Positions 56,801 to 64,000 of a DNA stretch of 64,000 nucleotides are shown piece after piece. Numbering within the stretch: the first letter of the stretch is position 1; each line of letters starts with the position of its first letter. The stretch covers positions 49,641,847-49,705,846 of the forward strand of contig CP154954.1 of assembly GCA_039621445.1 (NCBI GenBank). The letters are read 5' to 3'. The notes beneath the pieces are model-generated. The model made no database searches. It was not told the DNA's origin and saw only the letters and a program-made list of their open reading frames with translations. This DNA comes from Euglena gracilis (Eukaryota). Both the position numbers and the translations under genes were made by a program.

Positions 56801-59800
56801 GGGCATCCCCAGAGGCGGACCGCCTCCAGGGGGCCATCAGACTCGGCTGGACAAACGCCCGCCCCCCACCAAACATGCGTGGCGGCAGGAACCGGGGGCC
56901 CCCTGGCCCAACGGGCGGGTCGGCCACCCCGTCCCCCACCACCTCAGTGGCTGGTGGTGGCTCCTCTGCAGGCGCAGGCGCTGCCGCCTCGGCCCCCGCC
57001 TTCTCCGCCTTCTCCGGGGCCGTACAGGAAGGCCCGGTGAAGGGGGGAGGGTCCCCCGCCACAGCATCCGGCAAAGAAAAACTTGAGTGTCTTGAAGGAA
57101 AATGTTGACCTTACACTGGCGCCGCAGAATTACGGGAAAGCTGGGGGAAGGGGGGGGTAGTCGGGCCCCCCACCGCCCATATGGGTTCGAAAGCCCCGGC
57201 ACGGCCCTGGCCGTCTCCTCCCCTTGGACCTCGGCCTTCTCTGCCAGGGTCGGGGTCTCGGCCGCCTGCCCCTCCCGCTCCCGCAGCGTCGCCAGGCAGG
57301 GGCACGCCACGTTGTGGGGGCCGGGGCCACCCGGAGGTGTTGCTTTGCTTTGGGCGTCTTCTTTTGTGCTTTGGAGGGCTGCGCGGCATTCCCCCCCCCC
57401 CTGGTGACAGACATCTGATTTTTTTGCAGTTGTTTTTGTCACCACTGTGCAGGGCAGTGTTGGCCAAAGCCATTCTGTCATTTTCGGTTTTATTCTTGAC
57501 CACCTGGGGGGGGTCAGGGATGCACGTGAAGGGGAGGGCGGGGATTGGGGGTACCTTGGCACGACCTACTTCTAATACCCCCGGTCGGGAGACCTCTCTG
57601 GTGACACAACCGGGGGGGGGTTATAATTTCGTTTCGGCTCTTCAAGCCCAGCTGGCATTCAGGTTTATCATTCCAAGAAACAACCACACTCTCCATCCTT
57701 CAGCCAGCAGGGAGAGAGCCAGGCCGAAACCTCCCCTCCCCCATGGATGGGATGGGTTTCCCCCTCAATTGTCAGCATTCAAAAACAAAAAAAATTGACC
57801 CGTCAAAAAATGCGAGCCCCCCCCCAACTTTACCTCGAAAAAAATTCATGAGATGGTGCGAAACACTAGGGTTGGTGAAAGAAATAACTGAAAATATTTG
57901 AAACCACCAAATTTCAAGCATTCCTGTTTCAAACACCATCTGTCCATGGAAAAAAAACTTCCCCCCCCCCCACCGCGTTTTTTTCTCTTCCCTTATGCCA
58001 AATGGATTTCTTCGTGTACCCAGCTTTTTTGCTGCACATCTTCATCTGCAAAAACAAGAGCTGGTGCGTCGAACAGCGGAGCGAGGCTGCAGCTCTGCTT
58101 CAGCGGCGGCATCCACCGCAGCCTTGGCTTTCTGTTCCGCCTCTGCAAATTGGGCCTGCACCGCCGCCTCCCGGGATGCCGAACGCAACGGGCCCATCTG
58201 TGTCCCGGGGCTCTTTGGGGGACGGGGGGGGGGGGGAACAGCTGCGATTGCAAGTGCAAGTACAGAAAAAAAATGCGCACATGATCATCCATTGCCTTCT
58301 GCTGCCCAACATCCGCTTTTGTTTTTAGCACCGACGCCATTTTCGTTGGCAACATCCTGAGAACAGGCACGGGAACAAGCAGGACTGGCCCCTGCAACAC
58401 TGCAACCGGTCCCTGGCAGGCATGTCAAGTGAATCAACTTGTTTGTCAGACCCCCGGCTGCCCAACCCCAACCCCAACTCCATGGGCAATGGGGCCGCTG
58501 GGCAGGGCCTCCTCCCGGGCCGTCAGCTCCGCTTGCAGTGCCGCCAGCGCCTTCTGGGCCTCCACCACCAGTGCGGCCTCCGCCGCCTGCGCCTCCTCGC
58601 CGGGGGTGCCGGGGACTGGCCCCAACCCCGCCGCGGTTGACCGCCTGCGGCCCTGCCATGCCCCAAGCCACCCCCCACCCACAGTGTCCACGGAAGACCA
58701 ATGCAAAAGACCGCCAAGAAACGCATCGGCCGGCCGCCAGTGCCGCGGGGGCACCTCCGGTCGGCCACCGCCGCGGCTTCCTGTTGCTTCGCCTCCGCCT
58801 CCTGCGCCGCCACCGCTCGCTGCGCCTCCGCCGCCGCGGCTCGATCCGCCGCCTCCCTCTCGCGAGCCGGCCGCAGCCCAGCCCCTCCACGACAGAGAAC
58901 GGTGGCCTTGAAAAATACATCATTCGGAAAGGGCCCTTCACCCCGCCCCCCCCTCGGTCTTTCAGTCCAATGCCGAGGCGCAGCACACCGGTGGTGGGGG
59001 TCGACTGTGTTGAAAAACTCTGCGGCCAGGGGGGCATATGGTGCAACACCAAGAGACGACCCCACAAGTATGGTCGGTTGGTAGTCTAAACCACCTGCTC
59101 GTCGGGTAGGTTGGAGTATGGGTATTTTTTTTGGTTGGCATATTGTTGAAATGTTCTTTGAAGGGCAGAGGAAAGGGCAGAGGCCAATCTATACGAGGCC
59201 CAAATTTGCGACGAGGGAGAAATAAAATAATATGCAGTGCCTCGGGTGCCCTGCCATTTTGGGCACTTTTTGGGCAAAACTTTGTCAAAATTGCCAAAAA
59301 TTTAGGCACAAAGTGCCAGAAGGAAATATTTGACCTTTTTGGGGGTGGTCCTGGGTTCCCCCCCCCCCCGGATTGGTCCGGACCTCCCTGGGCAGGTGGG
59401 GGTGTGTCCCCTGTCCAGGAGGGGGGGGCAACCCACCTGAACCCCGAACACCCTCCTCATATCGCAGCCTGCCCTCCCCCTGGCACATTTCCTCCAACAC
59501 TCTTCCAGTCCTGTCGGGCCCTCATGTGCCACCACGCCATATGCCGCAAGAGGAAGTATCCCCTCCCCTGGTTAGGATTGGCCTGCCCGTTAACAGCTCT
59601 TCCCTCGCAGCCAGCTCCGCCTCTTGTTGCGCCAGCCGAGCCGTTGGGGGTGGGGCTGCTCGACGGGACAGAAAACAGACAGCAGAAGCAGAAGGGAGAG
59701 GGGAAGAGAGGGAGGAAGAGTCGTTATCCGACTGGTGATCAATTGCATTATTTAGCACTTTGTTCAAAGCCCCGCCGCGTAATTTTTGGGGTAATTATGC

Positions 59801-62800
59801 AGGGAATCTTTTCAATCAGTCTTTGTCCAAGCCTGAGACATTACAGCTTCTACACCCTCAGAAAACCCAACCCTGAGACATTACAACAATTACATCTCCG
59901 TTGAATGTTCTATTGATTTTGGGAACCTTTCCTGGAGATGGAGCAAAATATGCGCAGATGTCTGGCAGATGAATTGAGAAATGGGCCCGCAGAGCAGCGT
60001 CCCAGCTTCGAGAGCACTCCCCGGCAGTGTGAACATATTTGGCAGGAAGGCACAATTCTTTGGACAGGTATATCCCGGAGGGGGGGGGAGGGGTTATCGC
60101 TGGTAAGCCCTAGTCGTGGCCTCAGCAGCAGCCGCAGCGGCGGCCGCCTCGCCGGCCTTTGCCTCCAGGGCGGCTGCTGTGGCCTCCAGCTCCGTCTCCT
60201 TCGCCACCGACAGGGCTGTGTGCCACTCTCCCACCGGACTCCGAAGCCCCCCCCCCCCCCGTGGCACACCAATGGCCAGCCGACGGTGGCCGTGTGAACT
60301 GTGGAATGAGGGGGATTGGTGTGGTGGTCGGGACCAGTGATGGTGGTCAGGACCCCCCCCTCGGGGGTCGGGGTTCAGACCTAAACATGGCCCCTGCACT
60401 TAAACATAGCCAAAAATGATCTATTTCCAATCAAAATCCCCCGAGTCGACCAAAAATGCAATCTTGAGGGCTTTTTTTGGGCGAAAATTTGTCCCAAAAA
60501 TTCGGCTCAAAGCACCGAAAAGAAAAATTGACATTTTTTGGGTTCCCGGTGCCTTGTGCTATGGAGTGCATAGCACCCCCCGCCCGAGGGGGGGTGTGAA
60601 TGGGCTTGCCGCCATCTACCCTGGCTGCCAGCTGCTGCGCCTTCCCCTCCGCCGCCTCCAGCTCCGCCTGCCGGGTGGCCACTTGCGCCAGTGCCTCCTC
60701 CGCCTGCAGCTGCTGCGCCGTTTTGCCGCCCGCTGCTCCGTGGGTGGGGGGGGGGACGGCGGGGTGCCCACCAATGACACCGGTGCCATCCCCCCGTTGG
60801 CGACACACTCATGGGTCAGGAGGGGAGAACCGTACCGCCGCTGCCACTGAGCCTGGAACGATTGAGGGGGGGGGTGACTGTTTACATCCAACGAAGACAA
60901 TGAACGAATGGCATGGTGTCTATGACACCTCCTCCCTTGCCAACCATAATTGCCCACAACTTTGGCGTGTCAAGGACAAGTGGGGCACCGAACATTTTGT
61001 GTGTCAGCACAAAATTTGTGGATCCCCTCTGGATCACCGCAAAAATATGTGCCTCACAGCGACATTATCGAAAATTCTCTGCGCTTCATCGAGCAGAATG
61101 AGGAAAACGGAAATGAAGTGAAAACTGGAGCAACAGTCGGGACACCAACGCCTCCTGCTGGGTAGTCAGAGCCTTCTCCTTCTCCGCCAACGCCTCTTCC
61201 TGTGTGTGGTATGGGGAAGGTGTGCGGGGGGGGGGGGACTTTGTGGGACTGCATTCACCCTCCCTTCCAGGGTCCCCCTGGGGAAAAGCATTCAATGCGA
61301 AAGAATTCCTGCACGCTTGTACAATCCATGGACCATTTTGAACTCATTCGAGGAGTGATATTGTCCAGGAGTGCTCCCAACTGCACAGAACTGTGTGGTG
61401 GACGACCCCTTCCAGCTGGAACTTGGTGATCTGATGCTAATAAAATGTTGAACATGGTTTTCAATCAAGGTGAGGTACGACGATGATCAGCAGACAAGAG
61501 TTGAAAATTATGGCTTTTCAAGCACTGCGCTTCCAATCTGTTGGGACCAGGCATTTGCATTTGGGGGGGGGGTAGCCAGTACCCCCCAGGACCCGGGGGG
61601 GTGGGTACTGGCTAGCCAATCGGCTAGACACTGGAAAAAATGGACTAGCTAGACCCCCCCCCCTGGGGGGGTCCGGGGGTCCCCCGAACTGGAAAAAAAA
61701 TTTTCCTCCGGCGCTGCGCGCCAGAGGAAAAATGAGGTTTTTAATAGGTTTTTGGCTGATTTTGTTCCAAAAATTAGCTGCAGTCCAGCCCCCCCCCCCC
61801 CCCGGGGTACTGCAATCCCTTAAGCAAATGCCTGGTTGGGACCCCCACCAATCTCCCCCCACAAAAAGCTCCCGCCGCACGCGTCCCCCAGCGAAGCGCG
61901 GCGCGCCGCTCCTCCAGTGCCCTCAGTGCGGCGGCGTGCTGCGCCTCCGCCCCCGCTACTGCGGCCTCCCGCGCCGCAAGCGCCGCCGCCCGTTCCACGG
62001 CCGCCGCCTCGCCCGCCATGGTCGCTGCGGCGGCCCCCACTTGCCGCTCCCGCAGCGCTTGGGCCTCCGCCTGTGCCGGCCGCCCCGTGTCACCGCCGGG
62101 GATGGGGGCTCACAAGGCCCCGGGTCGGCCTCCAGGAGGATCGATGCAGCGATGTGGACCACGTTGACTTCGATGGCGGGTTTCCCGGCTGATCCACCGC
62201 GCAGGATTCCAAGGGCGTTGACCCAACCTCATCGAGCCAATTCCTGACAACCCGAACACTAAAGCGGCTCAGTGCGAATGGGGTGGTTGGTGCATGACAC
62301 CTGGTTGTGGGTGTGGGGGTGGGTGAGTGGGTGTGGGTGTGCGCGTGTGCAGGTGTGGGTGTGCGCGCTTGTTACTCGGTTGGGCCCAACGCCGCAGCAG
62401 GCGGCACAGCACGGGGCGGGGCAGGGCAGCCATCTGCGACCGTAGCTCTTGGAGGGCGGCTTCCTTCCCCTCCACCACCAGCAGGGTCCCTCCGGCAAAG
62501 GGGAACCCAAACCACCCCCACCAGGGGTTTTTCTTGAGACCGGGGGGAGGGCCTCCCCACCCACCCACCCCCTGGGGAGGCCCCCCGGAGGGGGGGGCTG
62601 GGGGACCCACCACTTTCCCCGAAAAAATTGCTAAAATGCTAAAAATAGCACTTTTTTCAAAAATTTTCGGTGCCTTCGGCCCCGAGAAGTGAATGCCCCC
62701 CAGGGGGGCCCCACAGAGGCGCTCGGCTGGACCCACCCACACTACCCCCCCCTCCCCCCCAGGGGTTCAAGACTAAAAAACACCCCTGACCCCCACCCAT

Positions 62801-64000
62801 AGGACGACACCCACACGGACCCGCGGTGGGGGGCCCCGGGCTCCGCCTGGAGGTCCAGCAACTGCTGCTGCTTCGCCTGCAGTTGTCGGCAGGGCGGGAG
62901 GGAGGGGGCCGGAAGGGGGCCCACCCGTTAGTGTAGGCTGCCCTCCATAGCCTGGCTGGGTCTCCCGGGCCTTCTGGTCCTCCTGGGACGCCTGCACCTG
63001 CGCCTGCAGTGCTGCGTGCAAACCGGCAGCGGATTTTGTGTTCCGCCTCCGTTCGGGTGGTATTCGGGTGACAAAGCCATCTGTGAATACCCACCATCTC
63101 CTCCTTCTGATGGACTGTACCAAAACTGGTTGTAATGTCACCAAACGTGTTGGCCAGGTAAGAAATCGCGGTGGTCGTTCCATCAAACAGCCATTAAACA
63201 ATATGTGTCAGCTGAAACAATGAGAACTGGTATTCCCATTTTAGCACAAGCATGCCGCCCTGTCTGCATTAGAGCAATGCAAGGCAAAAACGGAAACAAA
63301 GGGCGCTGCTGGGTTGGGCGCGATCTGCTCCTGCAAGGCAGCGGTGTCCCGGGTGTGCGTCTCCACTGCCCTTCGCTCCTCTAACTGCTGCTGTGCCAAA
63401 CCAGTGCCTTGTCACCTTCCTGCCCACTCAAAAAATGTCCCTCAAATCACAACCCAGAGCGGGGGCGGGTTAATGTTGCTGTGCATCGATTTCGGGTCAA
63501 AACCCATCGGGAGCAGGCTTCTTTTTAAGACCCGGGGGGGGGGGAGGGGGGTACCACCCCAGCCACCCAGCCCGGCATAGGAACCCCCAAAATTGGGCCG
63601 TCTGAGGGCATTTCCTAAAGGATTTTCGGCACTTCGCGCCAAAACCCATGCCTGGGCCTCTGGCCCAGGACTCCCCCCGCCCCCCCAGGGCCGGCACTGG
63701 ACCCCCCCCCTATGGGGGGTCTTCTGACTTAAAAAGAAGCTGGTCGGGAGATTTGGGAAAAGCAATTTCGGCAGACTTCCATCGTCACACTCATTCCACC
63801 CGGGCTTAAATATCTCCCCAGCAAGGGCAGACTCGTTGGCCGCATCGGCTGTATTTCAACGCGTGGGGCCACACGTTGCTTCTTTCCCATCAAGGTCTGG
63901 GGCACCGGCAAGGCCGCGGTCTGCCTCTCCCACCGCTCCGCCTCAAGCCGCAGCGCCTCCTCCCGCTCCCGCAGCGCCGCCGCCCGGCCCGCCAGCTCGG
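53801..64000 (-). CDS. 3' part of a multi-exon Ala/Glu/Gln-rich coiled-coil protein with a Pro-rich region and acidic C-terminal tail; function unknown, 5' end outside the window
   Basis: GC-rich exon islands, e.g. ELAGRAAALREREEALR (~63910-64000), AAAVERAAALAAREAA (~61890-62080), QLQAEEALAQVATRQAELEAA (~60620-60740), LAQQEAELAAREELL (~59589-59640), AREREAADRAAAAEAQ (~58760-58868), VEEPEDGADGDGE (~55097-55200), DGWDLDIEDDDDEKDGK (54796-54846, AG/GT-bounded), DD* (53801-53809). Not all junctions are resolved. Confidence 0.75.
53881..54730. mobile_element. TA-flanked MITE with a second TA-flanked MITE nested at 53970-54401, in the last intron of the minus-strand gene
   Basis: Outer TA|CCCCC..CTATGTCCAA...TTGGACATAGGGAGGGGG|TA; inner TA|CATCTCTCTAAGG...CCTTAAAGAGATG|TA. 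Confidence 0.8.
58869..59588 (-). other. Nonconventional intron on the minus strand
   Basis: AC|GGGCAG...CTGCGGCC|G: CAG at +4, CTG at -8; joins EELLT to AREREAADR in frame. Confidence 0.7.
61548..61834. mobile_element. hAT-type MITE with a perfect 8-bp TSD
   Basis: GTTGGGAC|CAGGCATTTGC...GCAAATGCCTG|GTTGGGAC. Confidence 0.9.
62522..62788. mobile_element. hAT-type MITE with a perfect 8-bp TSD
   Basis: ACCCCCAC|CAGGGGT...ACCCCTG|ACCCCCAC. Confidence 0.88.
63514..63742. mobile_element. hAT-type MITE, TIR CAGGCTTCTTTTTAAG (second copy)
   Basis: ATCGGGAG|CAGGCTTCTTTTTAAG...CTTAAAAAGAAGCTG|GTCGGGAG (7/8). Confidence 0.88.

Overview
Eukaryotic nuclear DNA, very probably from a euglenid (Euglenida). 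This is inferred from genes that mix conventional GT-AG introns with euglenid-type nonconventional introns (Y|R junctions, CAG near +4..+6 pairing with CTG at -8..-6). The first ~19.4 kb is a gene-free thicket of nested, G/C-tract-rich MITEs plus a hAT relic. Three split host genes follow: (1) a + strand SPFH/band-7 protein of the HIR type (19797-31634, 11 exons, ~285 aa, almost all introns nonconventional); (2) a + strand J-domain + coiled-coil + MECR/Etr1-like medium-chain reductase fusion (34990-43152, 15 exons, ~514 aa); (3) the 3' part of a - strand Ala/Glu-rich coiled-coil gene with an acidic tail (ends 53801). Between genes 2 and 3 lie a truncated LTR retroelement (tRNA-iMet-type PBS, very long coiled-coil gag, no pol) and a decayed DIRS-type tyrosine-recombinase retrotransposon (RT, RNase H, adenine-methyltransferase-like, YR). 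Main observation: the nonconventional introns have the geometry of the hAT-type MITEs in the same window. Both have CAG...CTG inverted ends, and an 8-bp target-site duplication is split 3+5 by the splice sites. One 128-nt intron keeps a perfect 8-bp TSD and another shares its terminal repeat with free MITE copies. All gene models were assembled by eye from protein similarity and need cDNA confirmation.
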